DNA of 64,000 nt. Source: Jatrophihabitantaceae bacterium (lineage in GTDB: Bacteria > Actinomycetota > Actinomycetes > Mycobacteriales > Jatrophihabitantaceae). A model generated the notes under the pieces. That model did no database searches and had not been told where the DNA came from. It saw only the letters and a program-made list of their open reading frames with translations. How positions within the stretch are numbered: the first letter of the stretch is position 1; the number at the start of each line of letters is the position of its first letter. Shown piece by piece: positions 55,214 to 63,394 of this stretch. Where the stretch lies: assembly GCA_036502695.1 (NCBI GenBank), contig DASXYE010000090.1:353-64352 (forward strand). The letters run 5' to 3'. The translations under genes were made by a program, and so were the position numbers.

Positions 55214-55495
55214 ATGCACGGATACGCGGCTGACAAGGACGACTACCTCAAACGGTTGCGCCGCATCGAGGGCCAGGTGCGGGGCATCGCGAAGATGGTC
55301 GACGACGACAAGTACTGCATCGACATCCTCACCCAGGTCAGCGCCGCGACGAAGGCGCTGCAGGCCGTCGCGCTCGGCCTGCTCGAACAGCACCTGGGCA
55401 GCTGCGTCGTCGACGCCGCCCGCGCCGGGGGCACCGAGGCCGACGTGAAGGTCAAGGAAGCCGCCGACGCGATCGCCCGCCTCGTCCGCTCCTAG
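55214..55495 (+). CDS. csoR: copper-sensing transcriptional repressor CsoR
   Basis: 93 aa. YLKRLRRIEGQVRGIAKMVDDDKYCIDILTQ with the C-H-C copper ligand pattern (C..., ..HLGSC). Confidence 0.92.
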   Translation: MHGYAADKDDYLKRLRRIEGQVRGIAKMVDDDKYCIDILTQVSAATKALQAVALGLLEQHLGSCVVDAARAGGTEADVKVKEAADAIARLVRS

Positions 55496-55510
55496 CTACA
55501 ACGCGGCTGA

Positions 55511-55546
55511 CCGCCGTCCTCGCCGCCGTCCTCGCCGCCGTCCTCG
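55511..55546. repeat. 12-bp tandem repeat x3
   Basis: CCGCCGTCCTCG repeated three times, directly after the csoR stop. Confidence 0.85.
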
Positions 55547-55596
55547 TTGAGTGGTGCGTTTCGCGTCGAGTGGTGCGTTGTAACGCACCACTCAAC
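55546..55596. repeat. duplicated 5' arm competing for one 3' arm (alternative hairpins)
   Basis: GTTGAGTGGTGCGTT (55546-55560) and GAGTGGTGCGTT (55568-55579) are both complementary to AACGCACCACTCAAC (55582-55596). Confidence 0.75.
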
Positions 55597-55655
55597 GGTG
55601 GCAGGATGCTCGGCGCGGGCCGGTCGTGCTGGTGGGCGCCGCCTCGGACGCGCGT

Positions 55656-55751
55656 GCAGGAAGATCAGCCCCGCAACGCGATCTTCCTGCGCATAGCGCC
55701 CTATGAGGCAGCCCGCGCAGGAAGATCCGATCGGCGGCGTGATCTTCCTGC
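55656..55751. repeat. two 35-bp hairpins with identical 11-bp stems
   Basis: GCAGGAAGATC, 13 nt, GATCTTCCTGC at 55656-55690 and again at 55717-55751. The loops differ. Confidence 0.85.
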
Positions 55752-55781
55752 GAACCGTCACAAGAACCGAGCTCTGGGACG

Positions 55782-55855
55782 CCCCCGCTCGGCACCCGCT
55801 CGGCCCGCTCGGCACCCGCTCGGCCCCCGCTCGGCCCGCTCGGCACCCGCTCGAC
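55782..55855. repeat. 10-11 bp tandem repeat, about 7 units
   Basis: CCGCTCGGC(A)C units from 55785 to 55855. Confidence 0.85.
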
Positions 55856-56061
55856 CCACGTCGCGCACGGCGCACCCATCCCAGTTGTCGAGGTCTGTCC
55901 GGCAATCCTGCGGTCCGGGCTAGACGCCGCTGGCTGCCGGTCCGCCGACCAGGTTGCCAGCCGTCTCATCCGCGTTAGGTACTGTCGAGGCGGCTTCGCG
56001 CCGGGGCGCCGCCGTCGTGCTGGCGCCACGCAGTGCGGTCGATGCGAATCAGGGGGCCACC

Positions 56062-57132
56062 TTGAGCCAGTGGAGCACGCCGACGACCTACGACGGCGGA
56101 TCGAGCGGCAGCCCGCCGGGACGCCGTAGTCACCGTATCGACAACGGCGGTGGAGGCGGCCGCCGGACGATGCTGATCGCCGCGGTCGTCGTGCTGGTGG
56201 CGGTAGTCGCCATCGGTGGCGTGGCGGCGGCCCGGCTGAGCGGCCGGCACCACGACCACAAGGCGGCATCCCCGCCGACCAGCCCGGCGCCCGGCAAGTC
56301 GGCCGGCACCTCGGCCAAGGCCAGCGCCCCCGCTGGACCGACGAAGCCGGTGCACGTGAGCCTGTTCCAGGGCGACGGGCAGACGTACGGGATCGGGATG
56401 CCGATCATCGCCCAGTTCTCGAAGAAGGTCACCGACGCGCACGCCTTCAACAAGGCGGTGACGGTGACGGTGAACGGCAAGCCCGCTGACGGCGCGTGGT
56501 TCTGGGTGGCCTCGAGTGCTGGGTACGCCATGGAAGCGCACTACCGGCCCAGGGATTTCTGGCCGGCGCACTCGAAGATCCAGATGATCATGCCGCTCAA
56601 GGGCATCGGCGCCGGCAAGGGCCTGGCCTTCGACGACAGCCTGACCTTGAGCATCAACATCGGGGCCGCGCACGTGTCCACCGTCAACGGCACCAACGAG
56701 AAGATGACCGTGACCTCCGACGGGCAGCCCGTCAAGCAATTCCCGGTCTCCTTGGGGCAGGCCAGCACCCCGACCTACCTGGGCACCAAGGTCGTGATGG
56801 CCAAGAAGAACCCGCAACACATGGTCAGCGCGCCGGGCGAGGCCAACCCCTACGCCCTGGACGTGCCCTGGTCGGTCCGCCTGACCAACTCCGGGGAGTT
56901 CGTGCACGCCGCCGCGTGGAACACCGGCAACATCGGCTCACGCAGCACCTCACACGGCTGCACCAACCTCACCGTGGCCGACGCCAAGTGGTTCTACAAC
57001 TTCTCCGTCATCGGCGACGTCGTGCAGTACACGAATACCGGCACCAACAACACCATGCCGTCCTGGGACGGCTTCGGTGACTGGAATGTGTCCTGGACCG
57101 ACTGGCAAGAAGGCAACCTGCTCAAGAATTAG
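56062..57132 (+). CDS. L,D-transpeptidase (YkuD domain) with an N-terminal membrane anchor
   Basis: Catalytic HxxxxxxxxxxxxSHGC (FVHAAAWNTGNIGSRSTSHGCTNL) preceded by an Ig-like domain. The start is uncertain: TTG 56062 after AGGGGG, or ATG 56170. Confidence 0.85.
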   Translation: MSQWSTPTTYDGGSSGSPPGRRSHRIDNGGGGGRRTMLIAAVVVLVAVVAIGGVAAARLSGRHHDHKAASPPTSPAPGKSAGTSAKASAPAGPTKPVHVSLFQGDGQTYGIGMPIIAQFSKKVTDAHAFNKAVTVTVNGKPADGAWFWVASSAGYAMEAHYRPRDFWPAHSKIQMIMPLKGIGAGKGLAFDDSLTLSINIGAAHVSTVNGTNEKMTVTSDGQPVKQFPVSLGQASTPTYLGTKVVMAKKNPQHMVSAPGEANPYALDVPWSVRLTNSGEFVHAAAWNTGNIGSRSTSHGCTNLTVADAKWFYNFSVIGDVVQYTNTGTNNTMPSWDGFGDWNVSWTDWQEGNLLKN

Positions 57133-57179
57133 CCAGCTTGGCTGGTCAAGCTAGACAGCGCGGCTGTACGGTTGCCCGC

Positions 57180-57608
57180 ATGGACGATGTGGACGCTCTA
57201 GCCGAGCAACTACGTGCCAATGCCAGCCGCCTCGTGCGGTCCAGTGCTCGCCCTGGGACGTTGCCCCCTGGCGAGTCGGCCGTGCTGGCCAGTCTCGACC
57301 GCGACGGACCGCTGAGCATCGCCCGGCTGGCCGAGGAGCGCGGCGTACGGCACCAGACTGCCGCGAAGATCGTCGCGCAGCTGGAGGCCGAAGGCCTGGT
57401 GGCCAAGCGCAGCCACCCGGACGACGCGCGCATGGTGCTCGTCCGGATCACCCGCACCGGCGGTACGGCCCTGCGCCGTGACCGCAAGGCGCGGGCGGCT
57501 TGGCTCGCCGACGCCATCCGCGAGCAGCTGAACGCGAAGCAGCAGGCTCGGCTGAGCGAGCTCGCCACGGTGCTCGAGGCACTGGCCAGCTACGCCCCCG
57601 ACGCCTGA
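57180..57608 (+). CDS. MarR family transcriptional regulator
   Basis: wHTH LSIARLAEERGVRHQTAAKIVAQLEAEGLVAKRSHPDDARMVLVRITRTG. An alternative upstream start lies at 57138. Confidence 0.88.
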   Translation: MDDVDALAEQLRANASRLVRSSARPGTLPPGESAVLASLDRDGPLSIARLAEERGVRHQTAAKIVAQLEAEGLVAKRSHPDDARMVLVRITRTGGTALRRDRKARAAWLADAIREQLNAKQQARLSELATVLEALASYAPDA

Positions 57609-57639
57609 CGCTCAGCCGCTTCAGAACGTCCAGCCCGCT

Positions 57640-58581
57640 TCAGAAGCGGTCGGCCTTGTCGACCACATTGCGCAGCGGTCGTCCCGCGGCGAAACGCTCG
57701 GCGTTGTCGCGGACGATCGCGTAGCGGCGCTCGTCGGTCTCGGGGCCCACCCCCGCGACGTGCGGGGTGATCAGCGCCTGCGGCACCGTCCACAGTGGAT
57801 GGTCAGCCGGCAATGGCTCATGCGGCACGACGTCGATCGCCGCACCCCGCAACTGCCCGGCGCGCAACGCCGCGGCAAGATCGTCCAGATCCACCAGGGC
57901 GCCCCGCCCGACGTTGACCAGCATCGCGCCCGGCTTGAACCGCGCCAGCCGCGTTGCCGTGATCAGCCGGTCGGTGGCCGGCGTGTGCGGCACGGTCAGC
58001 ACGACGACATCGGCCCGGGGCAGCACGGCATCCAGCGCCTCGGCCGGGTGCAGCTCGGCGACGCCGGCCGGACTCTCGCTCAGCCGCGCGTCTGTCGCGA
58101 TGATCGTGCAGTCGAACGGTCCGAGCTGGCGCGCGATCTCGCGGCCGACGGCGCCCAGCCCGACGATCAGCACGGTGGCCCGCTGCAGGTGCAGCACGTC
58201 CTCGAGCGGCGCCCAGCTGCGGGCCCGCGCGTACGTGTGGAGGTTGCGGGCCAGCGCCAGCAGCAGCGCAACGGCGTGCGTGGCCACGTGGTCGGTGTAC
58301 GTGTCGCGCAGGTTCGTCACCACGACCGGATGGGCGACCAGCTCGGCGAAGTAGAACTCCGGCGGCGGTCCGGCCTGCGGTGCCTGCAACCACCGCAATC
58401 GAGGTGCGGCGGCCAGCAGCGACGGCGTCAACGTGCCGTACGCCGCGTCGGCGGTCGCGAGGAATCCCCTTGCCGCGTCGGCATCATCGGCCACGAGCAC
58501 CTCGGCCTGGCCGCTCAGGTCCGCGACGAGCCGGCGAGCGTGCGCGCGGGGTGCGTCGGGCAGGACGACGAGCCGGATCAC
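57640..58581 (-). CDS. D-isomer-specific 2-hydroxyacid dehydrogenase family protein
   Basis: NAD motif VGLGAVGREIA and the catalytic R..E..H region (VNVGRG, PHVAG). The GTG start overlaps the udh stop (GTGA). Confidence 0.88.
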   Translation of the reverse strand: MIRLVVLPDAPRAHARRLVADLSGQAEVLVADDADAARGFLATADAAYGTLTPSLLAAAPRLRWLQAPQAGPPPEFYFAELVAHPVVVTNLRDTYTDHVATHAVALLLALARNLHTYARARSWAPLEDVLHLQRATVLIVGLGAVGREIARQLGPFDCTIIATDARLSESPAGVAELHPAEALDAVLPRADVVVLTVPHTPATDRLITATRLARFKPGAMLVNVGRGALVDLDDLAAALRAGQLRGAAIDVVPHEPLPADHPLWTVPQALITPHVAGVGPETDERRYAIVRDNAERFAAGRPLRNVVDKADRF

Positions 58582-59357
58582 ATGTGCTCACCCAGCGGCA
58601 CCTCGGCGAAGTGCCCGCCCAACAGGCGCGAGTTGACCTCCGGATCCGGCGGGCCCGCCTCGACCTCGGCGGCGAACCGCTCGGAGTCGTCCTTCGGCTG
58701 GTAGCCGAGCGCCCGCGCCGGCGCGATGTCGTACCAGGCGCGAGTGTTGGCCGAGACGCCGAACGTCACGACGTAGCCGGGCGACGGGGCGCGCAGGCAC
58801 ACGTCGAACAGGTGCACGCCGTCGGCCGGGCTCAGCCAGGTGGCCAGCATCCGCCGCGAGTTCGGCTGCTCGAACATCGACCCGATCCGGATGCACACCA
58901 CGTCCATCCCGAACCGGTCGTGGAACAGCCGGCCGAGCGCCTCGCCGAACACCTTGGACAGGCCGTAGTACCCGTCCGGACGCGGCGGGGTGTCCAGCCG
59001 CGCGAAGTCACTCACCGGCTCGAAGCCCACGGCGTGGTTGCTGCTGGCGTAGACGATGCGCGAGACGCCGGCTTGCTGGGCCGCGGCGAACAAGCGCTGG
59101 GTACCGACGATGTTGGAGTCGAGGATGTCGGCGAACGGTGCCTCGACCGAGATGCCGGCCAGGTGCACGATCGCGTCGACGCCCTGCACCGCCGCGGCCA
59201 GGGCGGCCTCGTCACGCAGGTCCGCGACGACAGCGTCGGGCGCGTCGGGGATCGGCACCCGGTCGAGCAGGCGCAGCTGCCAGCCGAGTCCGGGCAGGCC
59301 GTCGCGCAGGTAGCGGCCGACCCCGCCGGCCGCCCCGGTCAGCAAGACGAGGGGCAT
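58578..59357 (-). CDS. udh: uronate dehydrogenase (NAD-dependent epimerase/dehydratase fold)
   Basis: Collinear with characterised Agrobacterium/Pseudomonas Udh: LLTGAAGGVGR, IVHLAGISVEAPF, ASSNHAVGF, RPDGYYGLSKVFGEALGRLF, RIGS, RMLATWLS, GVSAN, GYQPKDDSE, PPDP. Confidence 0.8.
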   Translation of the reverse strand: MPLVLLTGAAGGVGRYLRDGLPGLGWQLRLLDRVPIPDAPDAVVADLRDEAALAAAVQGVDAIVHLAGISVEAPFADILDSNIVGTQRLFAAAQQAGVSRIVYASSNHAVGFEPVSDFARLDTPPRPDGYYGLSKVFGEALGRLFHDRFGMDVVCIRIGSMFEQPNSRRMLATWLSPADGVHLFDVCLRAPSPGYVVTFGVSANTRAWYDIAPARALGYQPKDDSERFAAEVEAGPPDPEVNSRLLGGHFAEVPLGEHM

Positions 59358-59384
59358 ATCAGCAGGCTATCAGCGCACTGAACC

Positions 59385-60173
59385 TCAGTCAGATACGTGA
59401 ATCCGATGGGATCGCGTGATCCGGTCGATCTCGTCCCGGGCGTCGAGCATCGCCTGGGCGATCTCCTTCTCGCGCTCGGCCGACATCCGGGCCACCGGCA
59501 CCGAACAGCTGATCGCGTCACGCGCCGGCCGCTGGTAGTGCAGGGCCACCCCGAGGCAGCGCAGGCCGACCGTGTTCTCCTCGCGGTCCACGGAGTAGCC
59601 GCGCTTGCGCGCCTTGGCCAGGTCGGCCAGCAACTTCCCCTGATCGGTCAGCGTGTTCTTGGTCAACGCTTCGAGCTTGGACGGCAGGATGGCGCGGACT
59701 TCATCGTCGTCGCGATCGGCCAGCAAGGCCTTGCCGAGCGAGGTCGTGTAGGCCGGCAACCGCCGTCCCACCCGGGAGAACGGCCGCAGGTAGTGGTGCG
59801 ACTCGCGGGTGGCCAGGTAGACGACGTCGCTGCCGTCGAGGCGGGCCAGGTGGCAGGTCTCCCCCGTCTGCTCGGCCAGCCGGTCCAGCGCCGAGCGCGC
59901 CCCGCCGACCACCTCGTCGGAGTCGATGTAGGACGTGCCGACGAGCAGGGCCCGCAACCCGATGCGGTAGAGCGTGCCCGTGGCGTCGGTCTCGATCCAA
60001 CCCACGTCGACCAGCGTGCGCAGCAGCACGTACAGGCTGCTCTTCGGGTAGCCGAGGCTCTCCTGCAGCGAGCCCAGCGAATGCAGGCCCGGGTGCCGGG
60101 CGAAGAAGTCCAGCACCTCGACCGTCCGGACGGCGGATTTGACGGCGTGCCCCGAACTTTGCGCGGCGCTCAT
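59385..60173 (-). CDS. IclR family transcriptional regulator
   Basis: N-terminal wHTH (RTVEVLDFFARHPGLHSLGSLQESLGYPKSSLYVLLRTL) and a C-terminal IclR effector domain. Confidence 0.92.
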   Translation of the reverse strand: MSAAQSSGHAVKSAVRTVEVLDFFARHPGLHSLGSLQESLGYPKSSLYVLLRTLVDVGWIETDATGTLYRIGLRALLVGTSYIDSDEVVGGARSALDRLAEQTGETCHLARLDGSDVVYLATRESHHYLRPFSRVGRRLPAYTTSLGKALLADRDDDEVRAILPSKLEALTKNTLTDQGKLLADLAKARKRGYSVDREENTVGLRCLGVALHYQRPARDAISCSVPVARMSAEREKEIAQAMLDARDEIDRITRSHRIHVSD

Positions 60174-60230
60174 CCAGCACTCCTTGACTCTGCGACCTCA
60201 GCGGTCGTACGGTTCACGTTCATAAACTTA

Positions 60231-60246
60231 GTTCAGCATACTGAAC
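60231..60246. promoter_or_regulatory. candidate IclR operator dyad
   Basis: GTTCAGCATACTGAAC (6-4-6 perfect palindrome), 11 nt upstream of the SBP ATG, in an AT-richer stretch of the divergent spacer. Confidence 0.5.
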
Positions 60247-60256
60247 GGAGTTCGTA

Positions 60257-61579
60257 ATGCCCCCCTCGCGTTACCTCCGAGTCGCTTCGGTCGTGGCAGC
60301 CTCCGCCGTGATTCTCGCAGCTACGGCCTGTAGTAGCTCGTCATCGGGGGGCGGCGGCGGCACGCTGCAGGTCTGGGTCCGCGGCGCCGGCGACGCGCAG
60401 AAGGCCTACCAGAAGCTGCTGGACTCGTTCACCGCCAAGACCGGCATCAAGACCAAGCTGTTCATGACGCTCACCGACTTCGAGACGAAGGTGAACGCCG
60501 CGGCGTCCGCGCACAAGCTGCCCGACGTCGTCGTGGACGACGCCGCGCAGACCGGGGCGTTCCAGTCCGAGGGGATCATCCGCGAGGTCGACCGCAGCTC
60601 CATCACCGGCGACAACCAGATCGCCGACGCCACCTGGAACGTCGCCAAGAGCGTCAGCGGCAAGTACTACGCGGTGCCGTTCTCGGTGCAAGCCAACCTG
60701 CTGTTCGTCCGCCAGGACTGGCTGCAACAGCTGCACCTGCAGCCGCCGAAGGCGTGGGACGACCTGGCCGCCGTCGCCAAGGCGTTCACCACGAAGGACC
60801 CGAACCACAACGGCAAGGCCGACACGTACGGCATCGACGTCCCGGGCTCGACCAGCCGCGGCTACATCTCCTGGTACTGGTCGACGTTCCTGTGGCAGGC
60901 CGGCGGCGACTACTTCGCCCCGGCCGGGCCGGGCAAGTACACGTCGACGATCAACTCGCCGGCCGCCGTCGACGCCGCGACCTACTTCGAGAAGTTCTTC
61001 TGCAGTGACAAGACCGTGCAGCCCAGCGCGGTCAACGACGTCACGGCCGACGCGAACAAGGTGTTCCAGTCCGGGACGGCCGGGCTGTACCTCACCGGCC
61101 CGTACGCGTACGCCACCGCCGATGCCACCCCGGTGAAGGGGCACTACGAGGTGGTGGCGCCGCCGGCCGGCCCCAAGAACGCGCAGACGCTGGCCGAGGC
61201 CACGAACATCTTCCTGATGGCCGGCTCGAAGCACGACGACCAGGCCAAGCAACTCGCCGAGTACATGATCACGCCCGCGGCCCAGCAGATCGGCATGACC
61301 GGCGTGGCCACCTCGACGATCGTGCGGCTGCCGGTGAACACCACCATCAACTCCGCGACCGCGCACAACGGCGACCCTCGGTGGGCCCTCGCCCAAAAGC
61401 TGTACGCGTCGCAGGGCCACTTCGAACCGGACTTCCTGCCGAACTGGCAGGCGTTCCGGCAGGCGACGTCCGACGCCCTGAACAAGCTGGTATCCACCTG
61501 CGGTGATCCGAAGTCGACCCTCGACGGGTTGAACGGCACCTTCCAGAACCTGCTCGAGCAGCAAGGCGTCTCCGGCTAG
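60257..61579 (+). CDS. ABC transporter sugar-binding lipoprotein
   Basis: Lipobox LAATAC plus an S/G linker. Family 1 extracellular solute-binding protein. Confidence 0.9.
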   Translation: MPPSRYLRVASVVAASAVILAATACSSSSSGGGGGTLQVWVRGAGDAQKAYQKLLDSFTAKTGIKTKLFMTLTDFETKVNAAASAHKLPDVVVDDAAQTGAFQSEGIIREVDRSSITGDNQIADATWNVAKSVSGKYYAVPFSVQANLLFVRQDWLQQLHLQPPKAWDDLAAVAKAFTTKDPNHNGKADTYGIDVPGSTSRGYISWYWSTFLWQAGGDYFAPAGPGKYTSTINSPAAVDAATYFEKFFCSDKTVQPSAVNDVTADANKVFQSGTAGLYLTGPYAYATADATPVKGHYEVVAPPAGPKNAQTLAEATNIFLMAGSKHDDQAKQLAEYMITPAAQQIGMTGVATSTIVRLPVNTTINSATAHNGDPRWALAQKLYASQGHFEPDFLPNWQAFRQATSDALNKLVSTCGDPKSTLDGLNGTFQNLLEQQGVSG

Positions 61580-62517
61580 TGGCAACGCTGGTAGCCGCCC
61601 CAGAAGCGGCCGCCCCGGCGCCGGTGCGACGGACCCGGCGCCGGCGGCGGCACTGGCGGCAGGGGTTCGTCCCGTGGCTGTTCCTCGCCCCGGCGCTGGC
61701 GTTCTTCGGGGTCTTCAAGTTCTGGCCGACCGTCTGGGGCATCTGGCTGAGCGTGTTCCGGGTGCGTCCCTACCTGGGCAACCAGTGGGTCGGCTTCGCC
61801 AACTACCGGCACGCGTTCAAGGACACGCTGCTGCACACGGCCGTGTGGCACACCGTGCTGGACGCGTTCGTCACGGTCGCCGTCTCGGCGTTCGTCGGGT
61901 TCTTCCTGGCGCTGCTGCTGGAAGGCCCGTCGCGGACGCTGCGCCTCGTCCGGACGGCGGTGTTCTTGCCGGTCGTGACGGCGATGGTGGCCGTCGCCGA
62001 GCTGTGGGGCGTGCTGCTGTTCCCGGCGCGGTACGGCGCGGTCAACTCGCTGATCGGGCACCTGGGCCTGGGTCCCGAGCCGTTCCTGAACAGCCCGCAC
62101 TCGGCGTTGTGGTCGGTGATGCTCATCCAGATCTGGAAGAGCGCGCCGTACGACATGGTGATCTTCGTGGCGGGCCTCGCCGGCATCGACCGCCAGCTGT
62201 ACGAGGCGTGCAGCATCGACGGCGCGAACGCGTGGCACCGGCTGCGCTACGTCACCCTGCCGGCGTTGCGACCGATCACCACCATCGTGATCACGCTCGG
62301 GATCATCCGCGGACTGCGGGTGTTCACCGAGATCTACGTACTCACCAACGGCGGGCCGGCCGGCGCGACCGAGACGGTGACGACGTTCGGGTACAAGCAG
62401 GCGACCACGGGCAACGACACCGGATACGCCACCGCGATCTCGACGATGCTGCTGGCCGCCACCGTGGTGCTGACCGCGCTGGTGTTGTGGTGGCGCCGCC
62501 GCCGGGAGGACGCATGA
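61579..62517 (+). CDS. carbohydrate ABC transporter permease
   Basis: The GTG shares 1 nt with the upstream TAG. EAA loop YEACSIDGANAWHRLRYVTLPALRP. Confidence 0.88.
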   Translation: MATLVAAPEAAAPAPVRRTRRRRRHWRQGFVPWLFLAPALAFFGVFKFWPTVWGIWLSVFRVRPYLGNQWVGFANYRHAFKDTLLHTAVWHTVLDAFVTVAVSAFVGFFLALLLEGPSRTLRLVRTAVFLPVVTAMVAVAELWGVLLFPARYGAVNSLIGHLGLGPEPFLNSPHSALWSVMLIQIWKSAPYDMVIFVAGLAGIDRQLYEACSIDGANAWHRLRYVTLPALRPITTIVITLGIIRGLRVFTEIYVLTNGGPAGATETVTTFGYKQATTGNDTGYATAISTMLLAATVVLTALVLWWRRRREDA

Positions 62518-63386
62518 GAGCCGACACCGCGCTCGGGCTGCGGATGCCGCGGGGCCGGGCGCCGCGACGGGTCGTCCGGGTGCTGCTGTGCGTGCTCGTG
62601 CTGGCGATCTTCCTGCTGCCGTTCTGGACGCTCGTGATGACCGCGCTGAGTGGGGCCACCATGCAGAGCGGCGAGGTGGCCCTGCTGCCCCGGCAGCCGA
62701 CCTTCGCGAACGTCACCGACGCCTGGCACTTCGGCGTGGCCCGGGGCCTGCTGAACTCGCTCATCGTCGTGGCCGTCGGGCTCACCCTGCAGGTCAGCGT
62801 GAGCGCACTCGCCGCGTACTCGCTGGCCCGCAAGCGATTCCGCGGCGCCTCGCTGGTGCTGCTCGTGCTGCTGGCCACGATGATGATGCCCGAGGAGATC
62901 ATCGCCATCCCGCTGTACCTGGTGCTGGGCAAGATCCCGCAGCCGATCACCGGCGGCACCCTGATCGACTCGTACGGCGGGCTGATCCTGCCCCTGGTCG
63001 GCTGGGCGCTGCCGATCTACGTGCTGACCGGCTTCATGCGCACCATCCCGGACGAACTCGAAGAGGCGGCCCGCATCGACGGCGCCGGCGACTTCGGCAT
63101 CTTCCTGCGCGTGATCGTGCCGCTGTGCCGCCCGGCGCTGGCCACCTGCGCGGTGTTCGGCTTCCTCATGATCTGGGACCAGTACCTGCTGCCGCTGCTC
63201 GTCGCGCAGAGCAAGAACACGTACACCCTCACCCTGGTCGTCACCAGCCTGCAGTCCAGCCAAGAACTGTCCCAGGGCGTCCGGCTGGCCGCCGCTCTCA
63301 TCCTGCTCGTGCCTAGTGTGATCGTGTACCTGCTGCTGCAGCGGTTCTTCGAACGAGGACTGCTCAGCGGTTCGCTGAAGGGATAG
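62514..63386 (+). CDS. carbohydrate ABC transporter permease
   Basis: ATGA overlap. EAA loop EEAARIDGAGDFGIFLRVIVPLCRPA. Confidence 0.88.
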   Translation: MRADTALGLRMPRGRAPRRVVRVLLCVLVLAIFLLPFWTLVMTALSGATMQSGEVALLPRQPTFANVTDAWHFGVARGLLNSLIVVAVGLTLQVSVSALAAYSLARKRFRGASLVLLVLLATMMMPEEIIAIPLYLVLGKIPQPITGGTLIDSYGGLILPLVGWALPIYVLTGFMRTIPDELEEAARIDGAGDFGIFLRVIVPLCRPALATCAVFGFLMIWDQYLLPLLVAQSKNTYTLTLVVTSLQSSQELSQGVRLAAALILLVPSVIVYLLLQRFFERGLLSGSLKG

Positions 63387-63394
63387 GAACATCG

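Noticed and set aside
55656-55751. Possible miniature CRISPR array (repeat-spacer-repeat appearance).
   Set aside because: There are only two repeats, and each is itself a stem-loop with a variable loop. There are no cas genes and no leader. It is better described as twin hairpins.
27085-57000. A genomic island integrated at tRNA-Arg.
   Set aside because: No integrase, excisionase, transfer genes or visible attR copy of the tRNA 3' end were found by eye. The region looks like a gradual mosaic and not a single integrative element. It is flagged only as a boundary.
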